Source: Raphidiopsis brookii D9 (GTDB lineage Bacteria; Cyanobacteriota; Cyanobacteriia; Cyanobacteriales; Nostocaceae). From it: DNA of 32,000 bases. The stretch spans positions 30,001-62,000 of the forward strand of contig ACYB01000020.1 in NCBI GenBank assembly GCA_000175855.1, in the 5' to 3' direction. The notes beneath the pieces were generated by a model that was not told the origin of the DNA, ran no database searches, and worked only from the letters and a program-made list of their open reading frames with translations. The number at the start of each line of letters is the position of its first letter. Within the stretch, counting starts at the first letter, position 1. This document shows positions 9,886 through 19,219 of this stretch, in pieces. A program made the translations under genes and the position numbers.

Positions 9886-10617
9886 ATGGCAATTAGACTA
9901 AATAAATTTGGTACAATCAACTCAGAAATTCCTACCTTTGACCCGATCAGTAAACGTATCTATGTTATTGCTGATAATGTTGTAAATATATATACAATAG
10001 ATAGTACGGGAGCACTGACCAATGTTGGAAAACTGGCCCCTCTTTCTACTCCTACTTCTGAAAGGGCTGCGCCTAATAGTATCGCGATGAAAAACGGAAT
10101 AGTCGCAGTTGCCTACGAAGTAAAAGATACTAGCACGGGAACTCATCAGCGTGGTTGGGTTAGCTTCTTTGACCCTGGCAATGGTAACTTCATTAATTCT
10201 GTGGAAGTGGGTTTCTTGCCTGATATGGTCACATTTACCCCCGATGGCAAGAAGGTCTTAGTGGCTAATAAAGGGGAACCTAATGAGAACTATAGTTCTG
10301 ATCCAAAAGGTTCTGTTAGTATCATTGATCTAAGCAATGGCCCCAATAGTGCTACCGTGCAGGAAGCTAAGTTTAATACTTTTGACGGTGAATTGGCTAC
10401 CCTAAAATCCCAAGAAATATGGATTACTGGTAACAATGCAACCCTATCCCAAGATGTGGAACTTGAGTATATAGCTGTTTCCCCCGATGGTTTAACCGCT
10501 GCAATTACCCTCCAAGAAGCCAATGCGATCGCGTTTCTTGACCTTGCTAGTGGCACAATTACTAGCATCAAGCCTCTAGGGCTAAAGAATCATAATCTAG
10601 TTGGATGGCGACTTTGA
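9886..10617 (+). pseudogene. Truncated choice-of-anchor I / beta-propeller-like fragment
   Basis: MAIRLNKFGTINSEIPTFDPISKRIYVI...IAMKNGIVAVAYEV...PDMVTFTPDGKKVLVANKGEPN...DPKGSVSIIDLS...DVELEYIAVSPDGLTAAITLQEANAIAFLDLASG. It ends abruptly after ITSIKPLGLKNHNLVGWRL. ATG at 9886 has AGGAG upstream; the ORF track begins at 9772. Confidence 0.6.
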
Positions 10618-10741
10618 CCAAATTCAAGCCTTCTAGTTTTGAGGGAACCTGACCTAACTTCATGGTAACCGTAACCGGATCTATAGCCACTAAGCCAGAA
10701 ATATATATATGATATAGCTGAGTCTCAAAAATTGATTACCT

Positions 10742-12685
10742 ATGACTTCTCGGTTGCCTAAGCTCCCCCACCCAACGTTCTTCCTGGTCACAGCCCTACC
10801 TGTAGTAGTTGTGGCCCTTTCATTTTCTTGGTATCAGAGATCAAAATCATTGCAAGAGGTTAAATCCACACCTACGCCAGTAGTTTCCACGACCCAATCC
10901 CCTGAAGATCTTTTAAATAAAGGTTTTCTCAGCTTGCAAAAGTACTGCGAATCGTTACCATCTAATCCTATATTAACATCCCCAGCGAAAAATACGCAAA
11001 ATACTACAGAAAATACACAGGCAACCCCCCAATGTCCCAACTGGGTTCCCGGAGAAAAGGTCTTAGAAACATCATTCCAAAAACCGGAAGCAACCGTCCC
11101 AGAGAAAAAGTCACCTGACTGGCTTCAATTTTTCAACCACATTATCACTAGGACTGCCAATAGCCAAGAGCAAGACACACCCCCCTCACCTCCCCCTAAA
11201 CTGCAGTCAGTTACACCCTCCCCCGAATTGAACCGCCAAGCACGACTTGCTAGAGTTCCTATCTTTATGTATCATGACATTCTACCACAAAAACAAGTGT
11301 TTTTTGATGTCACACCGGAAGAATTAGAAGCTCACTTTCAACAGCTACAAAAAGAAGGGGTTACTCCCGTTAGCCCAGATTGGTTGTTAGCCCATTTGCG
11401 AACTGGTGTACCTCTCCCTGCCAAACCCGTGTTGCTATCCTTTGATGATGGCTATGGGGGACATTATGAATATGTTTATCCTCTTTTAAAAAAATACAAT
11501 TTCCCAGCTATTTTTTCCGTCTATGTTAAAAAAATGGAGGGTAAGACGGCAAGATCCAGTCTAACCTGGGAACAGTTACAAGAAATGGCTTCCAGTTCCT
11601 TGGTAACCATTGCTTCCCATTCTGTCAACCATCCTCGGGATTTACGACAACTTTCCGAGCAGGAACTTTCATCGGAAGTGATAGATTCAAAGCGGATTTT
11701 ACAGGAGCGTTTAGGTATTCCCATCAATTATTTTACCTATCCTGAGGGGAAATTAGATGAAAGAGTTAGGGCACGAGTAATTGCTGCTGGTTATCAGATG
11801 GCTTTTTCCATGGATGATGCAGATGAAAAATTTGTTGGTGATTCCCCCGATTTATTTACCATAGGTAGGTTTGGACAGTCCCGTCTTGGAGAAATAGCTC
11901 CCCTGGCTTGGGGTGGATATCCAGCACCGGTGGATCCTACAAATTTCAACTTTAATGTTGACATTGAAAAACGGGAATATAAGGTAAATAACACAGAGCT
12001 AATTCTTATTAGCGGAGGTATTCCAGGTACATTTCATGCCGATAGCCGCTACCAATTACCGGATATGCTGAAAGATACACAAGTAATTGCTGCAGTTGAT
12101 GGTGGTTTCTTTTCGTTAAAATATCTGGACTCTAATACGATGATTGGACCAGTTTTGAGTGGCAATCGTGGTTTTATTCCTGGTAATGCCAGTGAAAACT
12201 TGAAATTGCGAGACCGTCCCCTAGTATTAATTAACCCCCATTCGGTTAGTTTTATACCTTTTGTTCCGGAAAGCCACAATACCCTCGAGGGACTTCAAGC
12301 AACTTCACCGGAAAATAAAGGTGTAACGGATGCCTTCGTAGGCGCAGCATGGTTAGTAAGAAATAATACACCTCAACCTGCCGCCAATTTTGGTAACTTA
12401 TATGGCTATGATATTGCTCGTCACCGAGCCTTTTGGGGGATCAATTTAGCAGGAATGCCAGTAATTGGGGTGACAAAAACTCCCGTAGATTCCGTATCTT
12501 TGGGGGAAATTCTCCATGGTTTAGGATTTAGGGATGCAGTAATGCTTGATTCGGGTGCTAGCACTTCTCTTTCATATCAAGGCAAGTCCTTAGTGGGTTA
12601 TACTCCCCGTCCAGTTCCCCATGCTGTTGTCCTTGTAGCACCTCAAAACCCACAACCTATTCCTACCCAATCCCCAAATAATTAG
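10742..12685 (+). CDS. Fusion of polysaccharide deacetylase (NodB-like) with C-terminal phosphodiester glycosidase (NAGPA-like) domain
   Basis: N-terminal signal/TM; FMYHDILP, VLLSFDDGYGGHYE, IASHSVNHPRDL, FTYPEGKLDE (NodB motifs), then VIAAVDGGFFSL, GRDRP-like region and GFRDAVMLDSGASTSLSYQGKSLVGYTPRPVPHAVVLV (phosphodiester glycosidase motifs). Confidence 0.85.
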   Translation: MTSRLPKLPHPTFFLVTALPVVVVALSFSWYQRSKSLQEVKSTPTPVVSTTQSPEDLLNKGFLSLQKYCESLPSNPILTSPAKNTQNTTENTQATPQCPNWVPGEKVLETSFQKPEATVPEKKSPDWLQFFNHIITRTANSQEQDTPPSPPPKLQSVTPSPELNRQARLARVPIFMYHDILPQKQVFFDVTPEELEAHFQQLQKEGVTPVSPDWLLAHLRTGVPLPAKPVLLSFDDGYGGHYEYVYPLLKKYNFPAIFSVYVKKMEGKTARSSLTWEQLQEMASSSLVTIASHSVNHPRDLRQLSEQELSSEVIDSKRILQERLGIPINYFTYPEGKLDERVRARVIAAGYQMAFSMDDADEKFVGDSPDLFTIGRFGQSRLGEIAPLAWGGYPAPVDPTNFNFNVDIEKREYKVNNTELILISGGIPGTFHADSRYQLPDMLKDTQVIAAVDGGFFSLKYLDSNTMIGPVLSGNRGFIPGNASENLKLRDRPLVLINPHSVSFIPFVPESHNTLEGLQATSPENKGVTDAFVGAAWLVRNNTPQPAANFGNLYGYDIARHRAFWGINLAGMPVIGVTKTPVDSVSLGEILHGLGFRDAVMLDSGASTSLSYQGKSLVGYTPRPVPHAVVLVAPQNPQPIPTQSPNN

Positions 12686-12696
12686 AGACTAAATTA

Positions 12697-13506
12697 ATGG
12701 CAAATATGGTTGGTAAAATTAGAAACATTCATAGTGCTATTGCTAATGTAGTATGTGTTATAAGTTGGGCTGCTGTAAGTAATGTTATGGGATGCAGCAA
12801 AAATGTATTACCCAGTAATATGGACTATTCTTCAACTTCCCCTTCTCCTGTTCTGACACCTTCCCCCACTTTTACTAGTTCTATCAAGTCTAAAAATGCT
12901 GCAGCTAAGCTCCGACAATTAGGACTGAGATATCGTCAGCAAGGGCGGTATGCAGATGCTATTATCTCCTTAGAAGAGGCTACCTCTGTGGAACCAGAAA
13001 ATCTTTCTGGACAGGTTTTATTGGGTTGGACCTTACACCTTGCTGGTAGAGAAGCATCTGCTATGAAGGTATTAAAGCAAGTATTAGAGAAAGATGGTAA
13101 TTATATTCCTGCATTAAATGCCTTGGGAATAGTTTATCTAGTGAGTGGAGATTTAGATAAAGCTATAACGACTCATGAGCATGCAAAAGAAATAAAGGCA
13201 AATAATGAAATCGCCTACTATAATCTAACTCTCGCTTACCAACGTCTAAAAAAGTATGATTTAGCAATAGCACGAGGTAAACAAGCCACAATTTTAGAAC
13301 CTAACAATCCCCATCCCTGGGTTGCTTTGGCATTGGTTTATTGGGGACAAGGGATGAAAACCCAAGCACGAGAGACTTATGACCAAGCAGTAAAGTTGGA
13401 TTCTCGTTACGGACAATCTAAATTTTTAATTAACCTTAAACAAGCTGGGTTCAGTCAAGAACAAATAGATAATGTAAGAGAAATTCTAAAATATAGCCGG
13501 AGCTAA
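12697..13506 (+). CDS. Tetratricopeptide repeat protein, probable lipoprotein or secreted
   Basis: TPR units such as NYIPALNALGIVYLVSGDLDKAITTHEHAKEI and NEIAYYNLTLAYQRLKKYDLAIARGKQATILEP; N-terminal hydrophobic segment before VMGCSK. Confidence 0.85.
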   Translation: MANMVGKIRNIHSAIANVVCVISWAAVSNVMGCSKNVLPSNMDYSSTSPSPVLTPSPTFTSSIKSKNAAAKLRQLGLRYRQQGRYADAIISLEEATSVEPENLSGQVLLGWTLHLAGREASAMKVLKQVLEKDGNYIPALNALGIVYLVSGDLDKAITTHEHAKEIKANNEIAYYNLTLAYQRLKKYDLAIARGKQATILEPNNPHPWVALALVYWGQGMKTQARETYDQAVKLDSRYGQSKFLINLKQAGFSQEQIDNVREILKYSRS

Positions 13507-13613
13507 AATGCCATAAACAGAGTTGATGCATAAAATTGAGTGCAGGCGTTCTGGATCCCCTGATGAAGCCATAAAAATGGTAGAATAGGAATAGAGTATA
13601 AAAAATTAAACGA

Positions 13614-13985
13614 ATGAATTCTAATAACTTACAACAAAGTCTTGATAGATTCCGTCCCTGGTTAACCTTATTAGCAGTAACCTGGTTGTTAGCATCTTTG
13701 GGTCTAGGTTGGTTGGTAAACTCCTTAATAGTTATTTTCACTCTGTTCCTGATTATACCATTTGTGGCATTTTTTGGCTTTCGCTGGTGGTTGCAAGGGA
13801 ATTTAGTAACTGATAAATGTCCGGTTTGTGCATTCGAATCAACCGGTTTAAATAATACCCAACTGCAATGTCCCAATTGTGGTGAGCAACTATCAGTGAA
13901 AAATGGTAGATTTAGCCGTTTAACACCAGAAGGTACAATTGATGTCACAGCAGTTGAAATAACAACTAAATCACCAGAAGAATAA
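13614..13985 (+). CDS. Two-TM protein with a C-terminal zinc-ribbon-like CPVC...CPNC motif
   Basis: Two hydrophobic segments then DKCPVCAFESTGLNNTQLQCPNCGEQL. Confidence 0.7.
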   Translation: MNSNNLQQSLDRFRPWLTLLAVTWLLASLGLGWLVNSLIVIFTLFLIIPFVAFFGFRWWLQGNLVTDKCPVCAFESTGLNNTQLQCPNCGEQLSVKNGRFSRLTPEGTIDVTAVEITTKSPEE

Positions 13986-14011
13986 ACCGCATTATATTAA
14001 TTTTGCTTTTT

Positions 14012-15214
14012 TCACTTTTTCACCAGAATATAGGCACTGGCATATTCTGGTAGTTGTCTAATATACTGCCTAAATTCCGTTTGATTTTTAAAAACACCCG
14101 CTAGGTAGTCTAACTGATGCAAATTGGGTAAGAATGCTCCACCTGTATCCGCTACCACTCCCATTTGTAAACGTTTATTTTTTCCCTGGTTATATTCAAT
14201 TAATACCACTCTCCCTAAACCAATATTCAGCACGTCTCCAGCAAAAGTAACACCTGGTCTAATGGAAATTTTCGCGTCTATTTTATATCCATAACCTTTG
14301 ATTTGGTCAACTGGTCTGAAATACCAATAACGCTTTTGTAGTGTGTCCTTGACTCCTCTTATGTAGGATATGCCATTATTTCTGTCTACGTTAAAAAATC
14401 CCTTAGAACCATCGGTAAAATTAATTAATATTGTCCCCTGCATTAATGCCTCCTCTAGTCCTTGACGAGTCAAATATGCTAAAGTTTCTACCTTGCCAAA
14501 TTCCTTTCCACCGGGTTCATAAATTCCAGACAGTACGTCCTGCTTGGTGTATTTAGTGTAGAATTTATCGGTAGCTGAATTGTCTTTTAAGCTATAAATT
14601 GGTATGTTGTATGTATTTGTTTTAGTATGAGAACCAGGATGGGTAAACACTGCATACTTTGTAATTCTCAGTTGTTTTTGTTCTGGTTTATCTGGATTAT
14701 AGGCTTTCCATTTAATTACCCGAAAATTGGCATTAATAAAATTAGGATCTTGCAGTCGAGGAGGTCGGTTTTTCCCGACATCTTCTCGTAAAGTGCTAAT
14801 CATAAAATCTAGGGTTTTTAGCACATCTTCTACTTTAACACCTTGATTTACTAATAATCCATTTCGAGAAATATTTTGATCCTTTTGAGAATAATCTTGA
14901 AAATATTTCCTGGTATTTGTCAGTACAAACAATAAATCATTGGCATTAAAACTGACTTTTGTATTTGGCAATTTCATGGGTTCTAAAATAGACTTCCCAT
15001 TCACACTATATTTATATTTTTGCCATTCATCAATCACCGAATATAAAACAGATGACTCCTGGGATTGATGTTGTTCAACTCTTTGTTGCGTATGCAAAGG
15101 CTTATTGGTTAGCTGTGCGTGTATAAATTGATATTGATTGACACTGAGAACTGATAGAAAGGTGATCAGACCCGCTAAAATTTGGACTTTGAGACCTAAT
15201 CGCATGTTAATCAT
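14012..15214 (-). CDS. Secreted protein of unknown function with possible 3D/MltA-like double-psi beta-barrel C-terminus
   Basis: N-terminal signal/TM (VQILAGLITFLSVLSV); C-terminal GYKIDAKISIRPGVTFAGDVLNIGLGRVVLIEY...MGVVADTGGAFLPNLHQLDYLAGVF resembles the DxGGAF/DxF(W)G signature of 3D/MltA domains. Family call is tentative. Confidence 0.5.
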   Translation of the reverse strand: MINMRLGLKVQILAGLITFLSVLSVNQYQFIHAQLTNKPLHTQQRVEQHQSQESSVLYSVIDEWQKYKYSVNGKSILEPMKLPNTKVSFNANDLLFVLTNTRKYFQDYSQKDQNISRNGLLVNQGVKVEDVLKTLDFMISTLREDVGKNRPPRLQDPNFINANFRVIKWKAYNPDKPEQKQLRITKYAVFTHPGSHTKTNTYNIPIYSLKDNSATDKFYTKYTKQDVLSGIYEPGGKEFGKVETLAYLTRQGLEEALMQGTILINFTDGSKGFFNVDRNNGISYIRGVKDTLQKRYWYFRPVDQIKGYGYKIDAKISIRPGVTFAGDVLNIGLGRVVLIEYNQGKNKRLQMGVVADTGGAFLPNLHQLDYLAGVFKNQTEFRQYIRQLPEYASAYILVKK

Positions 15215-15270
15215 AAGCTGTGTTTAGACTTTGTAAAAAGAATTATTTCAGAAATTGTAGATTTTGTCTA

Positions 15271-16542
15271 TTATTCATCCATTTCTTTTAAAGTGGCTAA
15301 TGCGGAAGGTGATAAACGACTCAAATAACGGAAAATCCAATATTTGAAGATGGTGTTTAAAATTACGGGGAAAGTAGCAATAAAAAGGAATATGACATTT
15401 CTAGTTGCGGGTAATCCCAAGTGTTGTGCTAGACTTTCTAAGATAATTTCCCAACCATGGGGAGAGTGGAAACCTACAAATATATCCGTTATTAAAATAA
15501 TTAGAAAAGCTTTGGCACTATCACTTAACCCATAGGCTACTTTATCTAATAATGACTGAACTACCTCTATATCTTTTTTTCTCCAACCAATAATAATGGC
15601 AAAGGAAATTAATGACATGACATCAGCAAATATATTACCTATAGCCAGACTACTATCACGACGAAATTCCTGTGCTACATCCAATGCTTTATCTTTTACC
15701 TCTATTTCTATTTCTTCAGGAGATAAAGGAGGTGCCGTATGTAATAAATTTTGGAACTGCAATTTTCTCTCAAAGGTTTTCAATTCATTCAGTGCTTTTT
15801 CCTCCATTTCCCAGTTTAAAAAAACTCTTTGATTATCTTGATTGATCCACTGATTAAATAGGGGTGTAAATAATAAGTTTTTAGAAAAGTTTTGTACTAT
15901 TAATGGGATAATTATTATTAATAATAAGAATCTCAGCGCTATCCTGGTTTTATTCCTAGAAATGCGATAATTTTTGATAAAATCACTCTCTGCTGTTGGT
16001 GTGAAGTCCTTAGCAATTTTACTCAAAGTTCTGGCAATTGATCCAGGAAATACTCCTTTTTTTTGACTATCATTGGAATCTACATCTGCTGATTTGTTAT
16101 TGAATTTAACTCCTTTCTCACTGCTCCTTAATGGTTGTGTAACTTCCACGTATTTACCATCATTACGCTTCTGAGTATAACTGGCAATAACTTCATCAAT
16201 AAATTTGAGTTTTTCTAATAGTTCACTATCATAAATATATTGATCATTGGTATCAGTAGATCTATGGGTAAAAGTCATGCCTAAATTAAATTCTGCCAGT
16301 CGAACTTTAATTATAGTTAAATTTCTATTCAGGTTCCCTTGCCAAAATTCCATGACATTACCACTATAGTTTGCGGACTGCGGGGAAATTTTCCGCCCGT
16401 TAAACTGTTGAATTTCAATATTTCTAATCTCCCAAGCAGCTCGATAAGCCGCTAAAACAGCTCTGTGGGGAGTGTTAATAATCCAGCTTTTCAACCCAAT
16501 CCAATAGGTTGTGATTCTTTGATAGGGATCCTTAGTATTCAT
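15271..16542 (-). CDS. pxcA: Proton extrusion protein PxcA/PcxA (CemA family)
   Basis: RTKIALRF-like run SRNKTRIALRFLLLIIIIPLIVQ, FQNLLHTAPPLSPEEIEIEVKDKALDVAQEF, FLIILITDIFVGFHSPHGWEIILESLAQHLGLP, FPVILNTIFKYWIFRYLSRLSPSALATLKEMDE. Confidence 0.93.
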   Translation of the reverse strand: MNTKDPYQRITTYWIGLKSWIINTPHRAVLAAYRAAWEIRNIEIQQFNGRKISPQSANYSGNVMEFWQGNLNRNLTIIKVRLAEFNLGMTFTHRSTDTNDQYIYDSELLEKLKFIDEVIASYTQKRNDGKYVEVTQPLRSSEKGVKFNNKSADVDSNDSQKKGVFPGSIARTLSKIAKDFTPTAESDFIKNYRISRNKTRIALRFLLLIIIIPLIVQNFSKNLLFTPLFNQWINQDNQRVFLNWEMEEKALNELKTFERKLQFQNLLHTAPPLSPEEIEIEVKDKALDVAQEFRRDSSLAIGNIFADVMSLISFAIIIGWRKKDIEVVQSLLDKVAYGLSDSAKAFLIILITDIFVGFHSPHGWEIILESLAQHLGLPATRNVIFLFIATFPVILNTIFKYWIFRYLSRLSPSALATLKEMDE

Positions 16543-16646
16543 GATGATGAGGGAATGTATTTTGGTTCACAAGAAAATTGCCGCACGCATTTGTCTTATT
16601 AGATTAGGGGAAGTCAAGCGCAAGTTGCAAATTTAAATTATTTACC

Positions 16647-16675
16647 TTGACAAACAGGATAGAACTGTTTACAAT
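16647..16675 (+). promoter_or_regulatory. Putative strong promoter for rplU-rpmA (TTGACA-N17-TACAAT)
   Basis: TTGACA at 16647-16652, TACAAT at 16670-16675, 17-nt spacer, about 190 nt upstream of the rplU ATG. Confidence 0.65.
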
Positions 16676-16865
16676 GGACGGTTGTGCACTAATTTGGAAG
16701 TATATACCAAAACCACGTCAAGTGGAATTCAGTGCCAATAGTCTCTCTCATTCTCGCTCGGATCAGGTAGACACCAAAGGCTGGTAAAAGCATACTACAG
16801 CTATAGACATAAGATCTTCATGGATCAATGCCAGCTACCTGTACGGCAAATTTAAGGACAATCCC

Positions 16866-17267
16866 ATGACTTACGCAATTATTGAAACCGGTGGCAAACA
16901 GTTAAAAGTAGAAGCAGGTCGTTTCTACGATATCGAGCTTCTTCACGCTCAACCAGATGAAAAAGTAACCATAGACGCAGTGTTACTTGTGCAACATGAG
17001 AATGGATTGTCTATAGGACAACCAAGAGTCTCTGGTGCAACAGTAGAAGGAACTGTTTTACGGCATTTTCGAGGTCGTAAGGTCTTGGTTTACAAGATGA
17101 AACCCAAGAAGAAAACTCGCAAGAAACGTGGACACCGTCAGGAAATTACTAGGCTTTTGATTAACTCTATTAAGCTTAATGGCGAAACTCTTGCCCATCA
17201 AGACTCTCCCCTTTCTCCTGAACCCCTTCCACTGGAAGACCCAGGTCTTGATTTACAAGGCGAATGA
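16866..17267 (+). CDS. rplU: 50S ribosomal protein L21
   Basis: [24 protein letters not shown]...[30 protein letters not shown]. Confidence 0.97.
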   Translation: MTYAIIETGGKQLKVEAGRFYDIELLHAQPDEKVTIDAVLLVQHENGLSIGQPRVSGATVEGTVLRHFRGRKVLVYKMKPKKKTRKKRGHRQEITRLLINSIKLNGETLAHQDSPLSPEPLPLEDPGLDLQGE

Positions 17268-17321
17268 TATGTTTAGCTTAACCTTAATTTGACTTTAATT
17301 TAACAAGTTTGAGAGGAAAAT

Positions 17322-17600
17322 ATGGCTCATAAGAAAGGCACAGGAAGTACACGAAATGGTCGCGACTCTAATGCTCAACGCCTGGGTGTAAAGCGTTTCG
17401 GTGGACAAGTTGTACGTGCAGGAAACATCCTGGTACGCCAGCGTGGCACCAAATTCCATCCTGGTAATAATGTTGGCATTGGCAATGATGATACCTTGTT
17501 TGCTTTAATTGATGGTGTAGTCACTTTTGAAAGAAAGGGCAAAAGTCGCAAAAAGGTTAGTGTTTATCCCCGTGTTACAGAGGAAGCTGTAGCCAGCTAA
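17322..17600 (+). CDS. rpmA: 50S ribosomal protein L27
   Basis: [67 protein letters not shown]. Confidence 0.98.
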   Translation: MAHKKGTGSTRNGRDSNAQRLGVKRFGGQVVRAGNILVRQRGTKFHPGNNVGIGNDDTLFALIDGVVTFERKGKSRKKVSVYPRVTEEAVAS

Positions 17601-17603
17601 TTA

Positions 17604-17640
17604 GGGGTGGAATCGGGGGGGTGGAATCGGGGGAAATGGG
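17604..17640 (+). repeat. G-rich 14-bp tandem repeat, (GGGGTGGAATCGGG)x2 plus GG, followed by AAATGGG
   Basis: Sequence GGGGTGGAATCGGGGGGGTGGAATCGGGGGAAATGGG immediately after the rpmA stop; G-runs of 4, 7, 5 and 3 nt. Confidence 0.85.
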
Positions 17641-17662
17641 TAAAAATTAAGCCTCTTGGCAC

Positions 17663-17689
17663 TGGTTTAATACTGGTGGTATTAAACCA
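17663..17689. terminator. Candidate bidirectional terminator/structured 3' end between convergent rpmA and the membrane protein gene
   Basis: Perfect inverted repeat TGGTTTAATAC-TGGTG-GTATTAAACCA (11-bp stem, 5-nt loop). No clear poly-U tail. Confidence 0.5.
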
Positions 17690-18107
17690 AGTTGTTCCAC
17701 AAAGCGCCTAATCCTAAGCCTGAAAAGGAGAATAGGGAGATCAACCAAAAGGTTAGGCCTGGCTTCAATCCCTGGGACTGAAAGTCTATCTTAGCTAGTA
17801 TGGTTGAGGAAATAATTAGTAAAGCATCTAGAAATACTCTAAACCAAGCAATCATTAGGAAAAACAAAAAAGCCGCTAAAATTGTCACTGCAAAACTCTT
17901 GAGATTTGATTCGAACAATATAGTGTAAAAACTAACTACTTCTGACATTGGAGTAGTTAAGCTGTTTAACAAGAGCAGTAGTCCAACCCCAAGTATAAAC
18001 CAGAAAAATAAGGGGGGGTTGGTTTCCGATACTAGCCAACCCAGGGCGATGTAGCTAAGGAACACCAAAATTAGAGACAACCAAGGAACTTTTTGCAAAA
18101 TTGACAT
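17682..18107 (-). CDS. Hypothetical membrane protein
   Basis: Several hydrophobic segments; ORF-track start at 18149 but MSILQKVPWLSLILV at 18107 is the likely start. Confidence 0.6.
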   Translation of the reverse strand: MSILQKVPWLSLILVFLSYIALGWLVSETNPPLFFWFILGVGLLLLLNSLTTPMSEVVSFYTILFESNLKSFAVTILAAFLFFLMIAWFRVFLDALLIISSTILAKIDFQSQGLKPGLTFWLISLFSFSGLGLGALWNNLV

Positions 18108-18294
18108 TATTTGAGTCCATGGACGTTTACACTTACCTATACCTCCCATTTTTACCGTATATGCTATAAGATTAACTAACTTTTAACTTTTTGATGGACT
18201 TTCTAACCCTAGAAATTTAGTTGGGTTAAGATATTAAAGATTTGTAAATTAGTGCAACCAAGTGTCATCTTTCAAGAAAGGTCAGGGACTAATC

Positions 18295-19212
18295 ATGAGA
18301 CAACTAGTGATTTTTGAGCGCGTATGCCTGATTGGTCATATCGTTTCTATGGTTTTCGGGCTCGTGGGAATATTACTGGTAATTCCCAATGCTGAGTTAA
18401 TTTTTGAAGAGGTACTAAATTTATCAGAAGTAGGACAAACAGCCATGCAGTGGAGTATGGCTGGTGGTGGTGTTGCTTACATGATTTTAGGTGCTGTAGG
18501 TGTTTTCCTCTATGCTTGCCGAAACTTAGGTTGGGCAAGATCCCTGTATTTCTTGATTCCATCTTTATCTATTTCTTTGACTAGTGAGCTGTTGGGAACC
18601 AGTACAGGTTTTCCTTTTGGACACTATAGCTATTTAAGTGGTTTGGGTTATAAAATTGCAGGTCTCGTACCTTTTACTATTCCTTTATCTTGGTTTTATG
18701 TAGGAATTGTATCATACTTATTAGGGCGTACTGGTTTTGATGTAGATAGAAAACCTACTTTATTACGTCATGTAGGTGCGATCGCATTGGGAGCTTTATT
18801 GCTGACCTCTTGGGATTTTGTTTTGGATCCAGCAATGAGTCAGACATCCTTACCATTTTGGTATTGGCATCAACCAGGTTCTTTCTTTGGCATGCCTTAT
18901 CAAAATTTTGCTGGTTGGTTTGGCACCGGTTCTTTGTTTATGACAGTATCAGCCTTATTATGGAGAAATAACCCAATTAATTTGGAAAGATCCCAATTAA
19001 ACGTAGCCCTAATAGTGTACCTAGCCAACTTTGGTTTTGCTACTGTGATGAGTTTAGCTGCTGGGTTCCCTATTCCCATAATTTTAGGTCTATTCCTAGG
19101 AGTTGCACCTGCCATACTACTATGGTCAAAAGCACCCAGTAAATCTATTTCTGCAGGACTAGAGTCGGGAAATCAGTCGGTGATCAGCAATGTTAATGTT
19201 GTTTTAAAATAA
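18295..19212 (+). CDS. cruF: Carotenoid 1,2-hydratase CruF (gamma-carotene 1'-hydroxylase, myxoxanthophyll biosynthesis)
   Basis: Polytopic protein with TSELLGTSTGFPFGHYSYLSGLGYKIAGLVPFTIPLSWFYVG, LLTSWDFVLDPAMS, FWYWHQPGSFFGMPYQNFAGWFGTG, directly upstream of a CruG-like glycosyltransferase. ATG 18295 preferred to GTG 18262. Confidence 0.88.
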   Translation: MRQLVIFERVCLIGHIVSMVFGLVGILLVIPNAELIFEEVLNLSEVGQTAMQWSMAGGGVAYMILGAVGVFLYACRNLGWARSLYFLIPSLSISLTSELLGTSTGFPFGHYSYLSGLGYKIAGLVPFTIPLSWFYVGIVSYLLGRTGFDVDRKPTLLRHVGAIALGALLLTSWDFVLDPAMSQTSLPFWYWHQPGSFFGMPYQNFAGWFGTGSLFMTVSALLWRNNPINLERSQLNVALIVYLANFGFATVMSLAAGFPIPIILGLFLGVAPAILLWSKAPSKSISAGLESGNQSVISNVNVVLK

Positions 19213-19219
19213 TCCTCCG

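Noticed and set aside
9922-10571. Minus-strand ORFs over the choice-of-anchor fragment
   Set aside because: No family features; the plus strand shows clear homology-like motifs.
10834-12279. Four short antisense ORFs under the deacetylase fusion
   Set aside because: Typical shadow ORFs with no start context or recognisable domains.
13451-13948. 165-aa minus-strand ORF
   Set aside because: Antisense to the zinc-ribbon membrane protein (plus-strand CPVC...CPNC motif) and spans a normal intergenic region.
16674-16784. 36-codon uORF (MDGCALIWKYIPKPRQVEF...) in the rplU upstream region
   Set aside because: Its ATG overlaps the predicted -10 box and lies before the expected TSS, so it is unlikely to be in the transcript.
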